A stretch of DNA of 64,000 nt. Origin: Nannocystis bainbridge. GTDB lineage: Bacteria; Myxococcota_A; Polyangia; Nannocystales; Nannocystaceae. Made by a program: the position numbers and the translations under genes. The DNA lies in NCBI RefSeq assembly GCF_028368995.1, contig NZ_JAQNDL010000002.1, forward strand, positions 1-64,000. Direction: 5' to 3'. Below the pieces are notes generated by a model. That model was not told the origin of the DNA. It worked only from the letters and a program-made list of their open reading frames with translations, and ran no database searches. Each line of letters starts with the position of its first letter. Within the stretch, counting starts at the first letter, position 1. Shown here in pieces: positions 1 through 9,595 of this stretch.

Positions 1-2096
1 TCGTAATGGTGGGAGGAGTCACCTTCGGGCCGCGGCGCGAGGGCCCCGTGGTAGCCGCGGAGCAGCCGCTTCTGGACCATGTCGCGGTGGACATGGATGC
101 GCTCGAGCGCGGCCCGCCGCTCGGCTTCGGTCGGCACCAGCACGAGGATGTCGGCCTCGGGCTCGGCCAGGATCAGGGCCTCGCACAGGGCGATGGTGAC
201 CGGGCGGAAGCCGCAGATCAGCACCCGCTTCAGCGGGAGGTGCGGCTCGCGGGCGAAGGGCGGGGCGTCGGTGACGGTGTGCAGGGCGGCGGCCTCCTGG
301 TCTTCGGACCAGACGGCGCCGTCGGGCTCGCGCCGCAGCGCCTCGGAGAACTCGCGCACGTGGGCGAAGCTGGGGGCGAGCGCGACGAAGCCGTTGCAAG
401 TGGGGGCGATGGCGCCGGCGGGGCGGTCGTCGCCGCCGATGGCGACGCCGAGGTCGGGCATGCCGAGCTCGTCGACCTCTTCGTAGAGGAGGCCGATCGG
501 GACCAGCCGCTGCCGCCGCGGCAACATCCGCGCCCGCCGCGTCAGTTGGTTCATCGCCGCGTGCGGCTCGGCCGCCAGCTGCGGCGGGGTCTCGCAGCTG
601 TAGCTGAGCTCCGGCTGGTCGAAGAAGCAGGTGTAGATCTCGTGGCCGGTGCAGGTCAGCAGTTCGGCGAGCAGCGGGCCGATGCCGGCGGTGCGGCCGA
701 CGCAGGCGAGGAACAGCGCGATCATGCGATCGACGACGACGATGAAGGCCCGCAGCTCGCCGCCGCCCGAGGCCAGCGCGGCCCAGGCGGCCGGGACGTT
801 GCGCTCGTCGAGGATCTCGGCGATGAGCAGCTTGCCGCGCCCGCGCTGGTGGGTGAGGTGGCCGTCGGTGACGCGGGCTGTCCTTCGGGACCTGTTCTTT
901 TGGACCTGTACGTTCGAACCGGTGACGGCGCCCTCCTCGGGGTCGGCGGGGCTCGGGTCGCGCAGGCCCTCGACGATCGCCAGCGAGGCGCGGATGGTCT
1001 CGGCGTCGGGCTCGGCGGCGGAGGTGTCGGCCAGCAGCACGACCCGCTGGGCCACGGCGATGTCGGCGCGGTGCATGAACGCCTCGTCGGTGGCGCTGCC
1101 GTGGCGGTAGACGATGCGTGCCAGCTCGCTGCGGCGCAGGAAATCGGGCCGCTCGGGGCTGGTGCCGACGACGACGTAGCGCGGGCCCATCAGCGCCCGC
1201 CGCACGTTGTCGAGCAGGAGCACGAACCACCAGCGCGACAGCGGCCGCACGTCCTGCGGCAGCAGCTTTTGGTAGTAGCGCATCAGCTCCTCGAGCAGCT
1301 GACGGGTGGCGGCGGTGATGTTGACGATCACCGTGTGCCCGTGCAGGCCGGGCGGCCGCAGCTGGCTCAGCTCCATCATCTCGCGCACGACGTCGCTGCC
1401 TAGACCGATGAGGAAGCTGACGAGGAACAGGCCGGCGACGGTGAGCCACAGGCTGATGATGACGACGCTGGCAGCGGAGGGCGCGGCCATCATGTTGCCG
1501 GGATCCTGGATCTGCCGGAACGCCCACCACAGCTTGGTGAAGAAGTCGTGGTCGTCGCGGTCGACCACGCCGTCCTCGTCGTAGTCGACGCCGCGATCGT
1601 CGACCTCGCTCTGCTGCAGGAACAGCGCGCCCGCGAACGACAGCAGGCCGACGACCATCGCCATGACGACGACCTGCCGGGCCCGCTCGCGCCGCAGCAT
1701 GACGGTGCGCAGGTCCTTCATCAGCGGGGCCCAGTAGCCGAGCAGGACCACGAATCGCAGCAGGCGGAGGCTCCGCATCCACGGCGAGGCACGCGGGTCG
1801 ATCGGCAAGAAGCTGACGAGGGCGACGAGGTCGAGGGCCAGCAGCGCGAGCGCCCCGGGCCGCGGCAACCGCCAGCCGCGCTGCCGCGGGTCGTCGGCGG
1901 TCTCGCGCCGCACGGCCAGCAGGAGTCGTAGCGAGAACTCGAGCGCGAACAGCCCCAGCAGCAGCGGCTCGTACTGCTTGACCCACGGCTCGGGGATCAG
2001 GCTGAAGATGATCGCCGCGCTGAGCAGCAGCCTCACGCCGGCGCTGCCGAGGATCCGGCCGAGGCGCGCGAGTGCGGCGGAGGACCTTTCCGGCAC
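1..2096 (-). CDS. Ion channel: voltage-sensor-like S1-S4, CASTOR/POLLUX-type pore and RCK domains (runs off the left edge)
   Basis: Not in the ORF track because it has no stop in the window. Translated by hand from GTG 2096: MPERSSAALARLGRILG...LFALEFSLR...ALDLVALVSFLP...RSLRLLRF...KLWWAFRQIQDPGNM...GHTVIVN...AEILDERN...KRVLICGFRP. Confidence 0.8.
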   Translation of the reverse strand, partial: MPERSSAALARLGRILGSAGVRLLLSAAIIFSLIPEPWVKQYEPLLLGLFALEFSLRLLLAVRRETADDPRQRGWRLPRPGALALLALDLVALVSFLPIDPRASPWMRSLRLLRFVVLLGYWAPLMKDLRTVMLRRERARQVVVMAMVVGLLSFAGALFLQQSEVDDRGVDYDEDGVVDRDDHDFFTKLWWAFRQIQDPGNMMAAPSAASVVIISLWLTVAGLFLVSFLIGLGSDVVREMMELSQLRPPGLHGHTVIVNITAATRQLLEELMRYYQKLLPQDVRPLSRWWFVLLLDNVRRALMGPRYVVVGTSPERPDFLRRSELARIVYRHGSATDEAFMHRADIAVAQRVVLLADTSAAEPDAETIRASLAIVEGLRDPSPADPEEGAVTGSNVQVQKNRSRRTARVTDGHLTHQRGRGKLLIAEILDERNVPAAWAALASGGGELRAFIVVVDRMIALFLACVGRTAGIGPLLAELLTCTGHEIYTCFFDQPELSYSCETPPQLAAEPHAAMNQLTRRARMLPRRQRLVPIGLLYEEVDELGMPDLGVAIGGDDRPAGAIAPTCNGFVALAPSFAHVREFSEALRREPDGAVWSEDQEAAALHTVTDAPPFAREPHLPLKRVLICGFRPVTIALCEALILAEPEADILVLVPTEAERRAALERIHVHRDMVQKRLLRGYHGALAPRPEGDSSHHY

Positions 2097-2154
2097 GCGG
2101 GGAAAGATAACCGAGGGACTGGCCGAAGGGGCAATCCCGCGCGACACTCAAGTC

Positions 2155-2889
2155 ATGTGCGGCCGCTACACGCTGACGACCCCCGACCTCGAAGCGCTCG
2201 CGCGCGTGGTGCAGGCGGAGATCTCGCCGGAGCTGCGCGAAGCGTACCGCCCGCGCTACAACATCGCGCCGACGCAGGCGACGACGATCGTGTACGCGGC
2301 GCCGGAAGAGGGCCGGCGGCTCGATTTGGGCCTGTGGGGCGTGCACCTCGCGGGCAACCGCCCGGGGGCACAGATCAACGTGCGCGCAGAATCGGCCGCG
2401 ACGGCGCCAGGCTCGCGCGAGCTGTTCGCGCGCGGCCGCTGCGGGGTCCTGGCCGACGGGTTCTACGAGTGGTCAGGCCCGAAGGAGCACCGCCAGCCGC
2501 ACTGGTTCCACACGCCCGGCGGCCGCCTGATCGTGTTCGCGGGCCTCTATCAGGACGTGCGCGACGAGGCGACGGGCGAGGTGACGCGGAGGTTCGCGAT
2601 CCTGACGACGGGGGCGAACCTCACGGTCGGGCGCCACCACGATCGCATGCCGGCGATCGTGCCGCGCGGGCAGCTCGGCCGCTGGCTGGCACCGCTGCCG
2701 CGCACTGCCAACATGGCCGAAAAGACAGCTCTGGCGCACCTGCTGGGCCCGGCGCCCGACGACATGCTGGTCGACTCCCCCGTGTCGACGCGGGTCAACA
2801 GCCCGCGCTTCGACGACCCGAGCTGCCTCGAGCCCGAACCGACGCTGCTCGAGGACGAGAGCGAGGCGCCGCGCGGCCGCTCGAAGTGA
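2155..2889 (+). CDS. SOS response-associated peptidase (SRAP/YedK/HMCES family, abasic-site crosslinking protein)
   Basis: N-terminal MCGRY plus RYNIAPTQ, INVRAE, DGFYEW, HHDRMP and VSTRVNS motifs. Confidence 0.95.
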   Translation: MCGRYTLTTPDLEALARVVQAEISPELREAYRPRYNIAPTQATTIVYAAPEEGRRLDLGLWGVHLAGNRPGAQINVRAESAATAPGSRELFARGRCGVLADGFYEWSGPKEHRQPHWFHTPGGRLIVFAGLYQDVRDEATGEVTRRFAILTTGANLTVGRHHDRMPAIVPRGQLGRWLAPLPRTANMAEKTALAHLLGPAPDDMLVDSPVSTRVNSPRFDDPSCLEPEPTLLEDESEAPRGRSK

Positions 2890-2976
2890 CGGGCGGCGAG
2901 ACATCGCAGGCGCGTCAGGCTGCGAGCTCGGCCGAGGCGCGGCATCACCCGTGGGCTTGCGACCCGGGATGTCGCG

Positions 2977-3290
2977 CCGCGAGCGGGCTCGACCGGCGCG
3001 AGAGCAACATGTCTCTTGCGACATGTGAGCACGCTCGACATTGGGGGAGAGGTGTCGGCGCTCGGTGACTCTCGCGACAAGCGCTCCCGCGAGCGAGCTC
3101 GACCGGGGTGAGGGGCACATGTCTCTTGCGACATGCGAGCGCGCGCTCGAGGGCGAACGCTCGGGGGATGCCGCGCTCGTCGGGGGTCGTCTCACTTTGG
3201 AGGCTGGGGCGCGTGGGCGAGCGCGACCGGCGATCTGCAGTTCGGGGGTGCGCGGGAATCATATGTCCTTCAGGACATGTCTCGAAGAGC
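2977..3290. repeat. Imperfect direct repeat of about 62 bp (period 110) carrying the 14-bp palindrome, plus a third palindrome at 3264
   Basis: ACATGTCTCTTGCGACATG at 3007 and 3117 with shared flanks; TGTCCTTCAGGACA at 3264. Confidence 0.85.
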
Positions 3291-3348
3291 GGTGAGCCTG
3301 GCCACATCGGCGAGATCGGGCGGCCTCTCGCCGCGTTCGGCCCGGGGC

Positions 3349-4344
3349 ATGTCGTCCACGCGCCTGTTCATCCGCGCCCTCGCGCTCGCGTTGCCCTTCT
3401 GCGGCGCCGCCCTCACGTCGCCCGCGATCACGCTGGGCACCTGCGGCGAGCAGGTCGAGCGGATGCGCCGGAGCTTCGCCGACCTGGAAGGGCGGCTCGG
3501 GGGTCCGCACGTGCAGCGCGAGGATTGGCCGTTGCCGGTGTCATCGGCCGGCGCGCCGATGCACGGGGCCGACGTGGGGCCGATCCTTTACGGACCGACC
3601 TCGGACCACGAATGGCCGGCGCTGGTGCAGGCCGTGGCGGCGCTCGAGGACGACCGCCGGCTCCGGCGCGCCAGCGGCGAAACGCGCCCGCCGGAGCCGA
3701 TCTATCTGGCGCTGCGCAGCGATGTCCGCCTCGACAAGCACTGGTCCGCGCTGCAGCGGCTCGCCGGTGAATGGGAGCTGCGGCTGGTGGTCGCCTCGCC
3801 CGAGCCGGCGCTGCCGCGGCCGAGCGCGCCGGCGTGGGTGCGCGAGGCGCTGGCGGGGCGCACGTTGACGGCCCAGGCCGGCTTCGATCGCTTCGAGGAG
3901 CTGCGCGACGTGTGGGCGGCCGCCGATACCTGCCCGGCGACGGTCCACGTCGACACGCGCTTCGGCTTCGGCCCGCGGCAGATGATGCGGCTGTGGGCCG
4001 AGCGGGCCGAGGCGTGTCATTGCTTCTCGATCGACGAGGAGGCGCTGATCGCCGTGGCCTGGCGGGCGTTCGCTCCGCAGGGCGCGCCGCAGCGGTGGGT
4101 GCCGCTGCGGATCGCCGTCAGCGAGGCGGCCCGCCACCGGGCCGAGCGCGAGTACGGGACCGACTCGGTGCATTCGGAGGATCCGACTGCCATGTTGCTG
4201 CCGGGCGCGGCCACCGTGGAGCGGCTGCTCGCCTTGCTCACCGCCGATCGCGCGCCCACCATTCATTTCGGGGCGCCCAATCGCGGGCCGCTGTTCGATC
4301 CGCTGTTTGATTATACCGCCTGGGCCGGCAAGCGCCGGCGGTGA
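3349..4344 (+). CDS. Exported hypothetical protein
   Basis: Signal-like MSSTRLFIRALALALPFCGAALT; GC-rich third codon positions; ends at a hairpin. Confidence 0.6.
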   Translation: MSSTRLFIRALALALPFCGAALTSPAITLGTCGEQVERMRRSFADLEGRLGGPHVQREDWPLPVSSAGAPMHGADVGPILYGPTSDHEWPALVQAVAALEDDRRLRRASGETRPPEPIYLALRSDVRLDKHWSALQRLAGEWELRLVVASPEPALPRPSAPAWVREALAGRTLTAQAGFDRFEELRDVWAAADTCPATVHVDTRFGFGPRQMMRLWAERAEACHCFSIDEEALIAVAWRAFAPQGAPQRWVPLRIAVSEAARHRAEREYGTDSVHSEDPTAMLLPGAATVERLLALLTADRAPTIHFGAPNRGPLFDPLFDYTAWAGKRRR

Positions 4345-4346
4345 GC

Positions 4347-4385
4347 GGTGCGGCGAATCGCAGGCGACCTGCGATTCGCCGCACC
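4347..4385. terminator. Perfect 18-bp hairpin between convergent genes (probable bidirectional terminator)
   Basis: GGTGCGGCGAATCGCAGG-CGA-CCTGCGATTCGCCGCACC. Confidence 0.75.
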
Positions 4386-4397
4386 CGGCGGCCCGCT

Positions 4398-5489
4398 TCA
4401 GTTGTACTCGGTGCCGCCGCTGCGCAGCAGGTACTTCTCGGACACGCTCTTGAGCTGGACCCGGCCGAGGTCGGGGTGACGGCGCTCGAGCTGCGGGCGC
4501 AGGACGATGCCTTCGCGGACGTGGAGGGCCTGGCCGGACACGGTCTCGCGGCCATCGGTGTGTTCAGCCATGGTCGCGCGGTTGAACGGGCCGCGGTAGA
4601 GCACGGGCACGCGCGGCAGCTCGAGCGCGCTGCAGGCGGCCTGCAGGTCGGCGTCGGACAGGAAGCCGCCCTGGCCGTACCAGCCGGTGTAGATGTCGAA
4701 CACGCGGAACCCGAGGTGGCGGTCCTGATCGGTCTTCGAGCCGTAGGCCAGGTCCTGCACGCCGGCGCCGAACACCTCGCCGAGCACGAACACCGGGCGA
4801 CCGGCGGCCAGCTCCTCGGCGAACACTCGCCCGGCGCGGGCCTCGAAGTCGAGGTGGCGGGCGACCCGGAGGTACAGGTTGTGCTGATTCTCGGTGGCGG
4901 CCGGCGTGAAGGCGAGGCCCTTGGCCGCGAGGCCCTTGCTGCTGACGATCAGCGGCCCGTGCTCGCCCGCGGCGTCGTTCGGCACCAGCCCGAGCTGGCA
5001 CCACGTGCCGTGGATCTTCTCGGTGAAGACGACGGGCTCGCCCTCGACGAGGACGTCGGGGAAGGCCTTGACGTTCTCGATGTCGTACTTGACGCAGCGA
5101 TCGGGGCCGGCGCCGTAGACGTGGCCGTTCATGTGCGACGGCACGGCCGGCTCATACTTGAGGATGCCGAGCTCGGCGGTGACGTCCTGGCCTTCGGACC
5201 AGGTCGGGCGGGCCGGGTAGACCAGGCCCTGCGACAGCACCCCGCGCAGCTTGATGGCCTTGACCCGGTTCGTGTCCTTGCCGGACAGCCGCCCCCGCAG
5301 GCCGAGCTCGTCGAGCAGCGGGTCGGGGACGATGGCCTGCTCCGGGATGTACGCGACGAGCTCTCCGCTGGTGAACTGGCCCTTGCGGACGATCGAGCGG
5401 TAGTCACCGACGCGGGCGATCTCGAGGGAATCAGCGTTGTCGTGCGGCTCGATGGCCACACGCACGACGTGGACGGCGAAGCTGGACAT
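4398..5489 (-). CDS. ATP-dependent RNA ligase, DRB0094 (Rnl5-like) family
   Basis: N-terminal IEPHDNADSLEIARVGDYRSIVRKG..YIPE module; nucleotidyltransferase motifs TEKIHGT, GEVFG, FRVFDI, EGIVLR, LKSVSEKYL. Confidence 0.9.
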   Translation of the reverse strand: MSSFAVHVVRVAIEPHDNADSLEIARVGDYRSIVRKGQFTSGELVAYIPEQAIVPDPLLDELGLRGRLSGKDTNRVKAIKLRGVLSQGLVYPARPTWSEGQDVTAELGILKYEPAVPSHMNGHVYGAGPDRCVKYDIENVKAFPDVLVEGEPVVFTEKIHGTWCQLGLVPNDAAGEHGPLIVSSKGLAAKGLAFTPAATENQHNLYLRVARHLDFEARAGRVFAEELAAGRPVFVLGEVFGAGVQDLAYGSKTDQDRHLGFRVFDIYTGWYGQGGFLSDADLQAACSALELPRVPVLYRGPFNRATMAEHTDGRETVSGQALHVREGIVLRPQLERRHPDLGRVQLKSVSEKYLLRSGGTEYN

Positions 5490-5873
5490 GATGCACCTGT
5501 GCTTTCGTGGACGAAGGTCCTGGCAATGCGAGGACACGGCGATACCCGACGTGTGCTCGCCGACGCGGCCGCGCTCGCGCGGTCGGGTCGGAATGTCACG
5601 AGCCGCGGCGGCCCGGACTAAAATCAGCGGACTGTCGCTGGGGCCCGATACGCTCCTGGCACGCGCGCAGCAGCCGTAAAGGCCGGGGCGTACGAGGATG
5701 CGCAAAACAAGCGGCGGGCGGCGAGCGACATGGAGAGACCCAGGGAGGGCGAGAGTATGCCGTGACCGGCCCGGGTGTCAATCCATCATGATCGCGCCAC
5801 CGTCGATTCGGCCGCGGGCGCGAACTCGAACCGCCGGCCTGCGGACGACGGCGGCGAGGGGTCGCGGCCGAGA

Positions 5874-5891
5874 GATGTCCTGAAGGACAGA
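5874..5891. repeat. Single copy of the 14-bp palindrome
   Basis: TGTCCTGAAGGACA at 5876. Confidence 0.7.
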
Positions 5892-5920
5892 TCGGCGGCC
5901 GGCTCGCGCCCGGCGATGAA

Positions 5921-7201
5921 TCATAGCAGTTCGACGCAGCCGTCGGGACCCGGTCTGCCGAGGCCGGGGGCGAGGCCGGCGGCGGTGACGGTGGGGACCA
6001 CGAGCAGGGCGTCGAAGGCGGTGGCCAGCGACTTGTAAGGGTCGTTGTAGCGGCTGGCGTCGACGGGATCGTAGGCGCCCTCGATGGCGCGAATGGCCGG
6101 CTTGCCGCCGAGGCTGCGCTGCAGGCTCGAGCCGCGCAGCAGGGTCGGGACGGCGAGCAGGGCCGGGCCGGCGAGGCCGGCGAACACGGCGTCGAAGCTG
6201 CCCGCACGGGCAGGTGGCAACTCGAGCGGGCACAGGCGGCCGTCGCTGCGCTCGAGCACGGCGCGGCCGCGCACGAACAGGCCGCCGATGGCGACGTAGG
6301 CCCGGCCGTGCCACTGCCGCAGGTACTCGCCGACCGAGGGCGCGCCGCCGGGGACGTCGGCGGCGGCGCGCCGGTTCTCGCCCCAGAAGAACAGCTTGTA
6401 GCCGGGGCCGCCGAGCTGCAGCGCGAGGTCGAGGTTGCGCGCGCGGTGGAACTCGGGGGCGTCGAAGGCCCAGCTCTCGGCCTGGTCGAGCAGCTGCACG
6501 GAGGCCTCGGCCTGCATGCGCGCGCGGGCGTAGGCGGAGGCGGAGCTGCGCTCGACGTAGGCGGGCCGCTGGGCGTCGAAGCGCTTGAGCAGGGCCGCGA
6601 GGCCGGGGCCGTCGCCGCCGCGCAGGATGGCGGTGGCGCGGGCGGCGTGGTCCGGATCGACCAACTCGAGGTAGCCGAGGTAGCCGCGCGCGACGCTGTC
6701 GAGCTCGCCAGGGTCGGTGCCGTGGACGTGCAACATGCCCTTCGGGCCAGCCGCGTTGTGGGCCCGCACGGCGGCGATGAAGTCGCGCAATTCGGCGGTG
6801 CGCAGGGCGGGCTCGTCGAGGTCGAGGAGGATGGCGTCGAGGGCGTCGAGGTCGGGCGCGCCGGCGGCGGTGGCCCAGGCGTCGAGGGCGAAGCCGGCCT
6901 TGATGCTGACGTCGAGGGCGAGGCCGGTGACGCCGTGATCGCGGACGAGGGCGAGGAAGAGGTCGCGCGCGAGGACGACGAACTCGTGCCCGCCGGCGAG
7001 CGGCCGCCCGAGGCCGATGATCCGGGCCTCGGCGAAGCGAGCGTTCAGCGGTTCGAGCGCGGCGGCGGCGATCGGCTGTCCAGGTTGGAGGGCGCCGCGA
7101 GCCGCGAGCGCGTCGAGCTCGGCGCGGGCGTCAGGGCGCAGGTTACGATTGCCGGCGCAGGCGGTGGCGAGGAGGAGGAGAGCGAGGGAGATCCGGCGCA
7201 C
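5921..7201 (-). CDS. Erythromycin-esterase-family lipoprotein, catalytic motifs degenerate
   Basis: Lipobox LLLATAC; ARIIGLG....GHEF, VRDHGVTGLALD, VHGTD, SVGEYLRQWHGRAYVAIG and AFDALLVV follow the Ere fold. Confidence 0.75.
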   Translation of the reverse strand: MRRISLALLLLATACAGNRNLRPDARAELDALAARGALQPGQPIAAAALEPLNARFAEARIIGLGRPLAGGHEFVVLARDLFLALVRDHGVTGLALDVSIKAGFALDAWATAAGAPDLDALDAILLDLDEPALRTAELRDFIAAVRAHNAAGPKGMLHVHGTDPGELDSVARGYLGYLELVDPDHAARATAILRGGDGPGLAALLKRFDAQRPAYVERSSASAYARARMQAEASVQLLDQAESWAFDAPEFHRARNLDLALQLGGPGYKLFFWGENRRAAADVPGGAPSVGEYLRQWHGRAYVAIGGLFVRGRAVLERSDGRLCPLELPPARAGSFDAVFAGLAGPALLAVPTLLRGSSLQRSLGGKPAIRAIEGAYDPVDASRYNDPYKSLATAFDALLVVPTVTAAGLAPGLGRPGPDGCVELL

Positions 7202-7473
7202 GCGCGAGGAAGCTAGCACGGCCCCGCGACACTGGTGAATCGCGGCTCGCGTGCGTGCGAATCCAGGGAGACATGCGGACGAGATCTTGGGGCCGACGTC
7301 AGGCGACGCCAGGAACGGTGGATGTCCGCTGTAGGACGAGGAGGATCCGCCGGGCGCGGCAGCACGATCGTGACACGAGCGCCAGCTCCGGCGACCGTCG
7401 CAGCGAAGCCTCAGGGGAAGGGGCGTGGGGCCGGCTGGTTGACGATCGAACGCGGACGTGTACCATGCCGGCG

Positions 7474-8463
7474 ATGCGACTCTTACGAATGGTTGTCCTG
7501 GTGAGCGTGGCCCTCGCGAGCATGGGCGAGGGCGAAGCAAAGGCGTGCTCCTGCCTGCGGCAGGGCTTCGGCGGCGGCAAGCTCTACGTCGGCGCGGGCG
7601 GCTCGGTGCCGGCGGACGCGGAGGGCTTCGCGTGGACCGGCGACGAGAAGCTGAGCAGCGCGAAGGGTCGCGTGACCGTGGTGCGCGTCGACGGCAAGAA
7701 GAAGGTGCCGGTCAAGCACACGATCGTCGAGAAGGGGCCGGTCGAGGTGATCGTGCCGGCCGCGAAGTTCAAGCCGGGCCAGGTGTTCGAGGTGACGGTG
7801 CGCGAGGGGCCGCTGGCGGCCGAGACCCGCAAGTCGCTCGACCCGGCGGCGGCCGACGTGCCGAAGCCCGAGACGACGACGACCGTGACGATCGCGGCCG
7901 GCCCGCTGGCGCTGCCGCAGGCGACGGTGACGGCGGGGGCGCCGGCGCAGGAGAAGATTCAAGTGGCCCACCCGGCCAGTTGCAGCGCAGAGGTGGCCGC
8001 GGCCACGGCGACCCTCAAGGTCGAGCTGCCGGCCGAGGCCGAGGCGATGCGTGAGTACCTGGTGTACGAGACGCGGGTCGACGGCGCGGTGTGGAACGCC
8101 AGCGCGGGGCTGTGCAATCACGTCGATCCGGGCCGGACGTGGACGGGCGAGGTCGGCACCGACAAGCTGTTCGTGGTCTGCGAGCAGCCCGAGGCGCTGA
8201 AGCCCGGTAAGCACAAGGTCGAGGTCGAGGTGGCTTCGCCCGATCGGGTGCACGTGATCACGACGCCGGCGGTCGAGCTCGAGCTGGCCTGCGCCGCCGC
8301 GCCGGACCCGACCCCGGAGCCGGCCACGCCGCCGCCGGGCTCGGAGCCGCAAGAGCCGCCGCCGGTGGCGAAGAAGGGCTGCAGCGTCGGCAACGACGCC
8401 GGGTTCGCGTGGGTGCTCGGGGTCGGGCTGCTGTTCGCCCGCCGCCGCCGTCGGGCCGCCTGA
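7474..8463 (+). CDS. MYXO-CTERM surface protein
   Basis: Signal peptide ending AKACSC; Pro-rich linker; C-terminal KKGCSVG...AWVLGVGLLFARRRRR. Confidence 0.85.
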   Translation: MRLLRMVVLVSVALASMGEGEAKACSCLRQGFGGGKLYVGAGGSVPADAEGFAWTGDEKLSSAKGRVTVVRVDGKKKVPVKHTIVEKGPVEVIVPAAKFKPGQVFEVTVREGPLAAETRKSLDPAAADVPKPETTTTVTIAAGPLALPQATVTAGAPAQEKIQVAHPASCSAEVAAATATLKVELPAEAEAMREYLVYETRVDGAVWNASAGLCNHVDPGRTWTGEVGTDKLFVVCEQPEALKPGKHKVEVEVASPDRVHVITTPAVELELACAAAPDPTPEPATPPPGSEPQEPPPVAKKGCSVGNDAGFAWVLGVGLLFARRRRRAA

Positions 8464-8530
8464 GCGAGGATGACTCCGCCGCGCCAGGCGGCGGGCTCGT
8501 GAGCGTCGCCCGGCACGAGGGTGCCGGGCG

Positions 8531-8572
8531 GCTGTCCCCGAGGACATGTGCATAGAGACATGTCCGAATGGC
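8531..8572. repeat. Phased 14-bp palindrome array (3 centres)
   Basis: Centres at 8531, 8545, 8559: TGTCCCCGAGGACA TGTGCATAGAGACA TGTCCG. Confidence 0.8.
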
Positions 8573-8835
8573 TTAGTCGTCGGTGAGTGATTCGACGGGT
8601 CCTGGGGCAGGTCGTGATCGACGTGACCTCGAGGACAGATGACGGTCGCCTCGCGGTCGAGGGCGTGAATCGACCTGACCGCGAGGACATGTTGTCGGGC
8701 GGGGTCGCACCGGGCCGCGCGAGACTCGCTGTGCAGGGTCTTCCAGGACGTGCCGGGCGCTGCTCGCTGCGTGCGGGTTCGCGCGCGGGCCGCTCATGAC
8801 AAGGGACGGCGGAGCCGCTATCGTGGCGGGACCTC

Positions 8836-9582
8836 ATGGTCGTGTCGAAGCTCCTGCTCGCTGTCGTGCTCGCTGCTCCGGGCGAAGAGGCGAGCGGTGC
8901 TTCGCCGGCGGCGGTCGACGGCACGGAGGCCGCAACCTCGACGTCGCCGACCCCGGCCGATCCGGCGGCTCCCGGGGCGCTGGTGCCGGCTCCGCCCGCG
9001 ACCCGGCCGGCGGTGGTCGTGAGCTCGCCGGTGCGGCGGGCCAAGACGGGACGCGGGCTGCTGATCGCGGGCGGGGTGCTGACGGGGCTCGGGGTGGTCG
9101 GGCGGATCGGGCTCGAGGTGTTCTGGTCGACCGCGGCGCAGATCGTGCCGAACGATCCGTTCGCGCGCTGGAGCACCGCGAACCTGGTGTTCGTGACCAA
9201 CTGGAACAACCTCATGTTCTTCGGGCCAGGTCTCGGGCTGCTGACCGCGGGGGCGTATCGCCGCGGCGGGCACGAGGCGGGGCTCGGCAAGCTGCGCGAC
9301 GCCCGGCGCATGCGCCTGGTCGGGATCGGGCTGCTCGGCGGCGGGCTCGGGCTGTGGGCGCTGTCGCGGGCGCTGTTCCTGCCGATCGCCGACGCCTGCC
9401 CGAGCAACCGCTGCGCCTATACGACGCTCGAGACGACCTTCTGGGTCGGCGCGGGGGCGATCTTCGCCGGCGCGGCGCACCTGGCCTATGCGACAGGTTA
9501 TTCGCGGGCCGCGGCGCGCGTCCAGGTCGCGCCGAGCCTGGGTCCGGGCTTCGCCGGGCTGGGCCTGACCGGCCGCTTCTGA
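8836..9582 (+). CDS. Exported or membrane hypothetical protein (myxobacterial type)
   Basis: Signal peptide, Pro/Ala linker, Gly-rich hydrophobic segments, C-terminal GLGLTGRF. Confidence 0.7.
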   Translation: MVVSKLLLAVVLAAPGEEASGASPAAVDGTEAATSTSPTPADPAAPGALVPAPPATRPAVVVSSPVRRAKTGRGLLIAGGVLTGLGVVGRIGLEVFWSTAAQIVPNDPFARWSTANLVFVTNWNNLMFFGPGLGLLTAGAYRRGGHEAGLGKLRDARRMRLVGIGLLGGGLGLWALSRALFLPIADACPSNRCAYTTLETTFWVGAGAIFAGAAHLAYATGYSRAAARVQVAPSLGPGFAGLGLTGRF

Positions 9583-9595
9583 CGGAGGAACGCCG

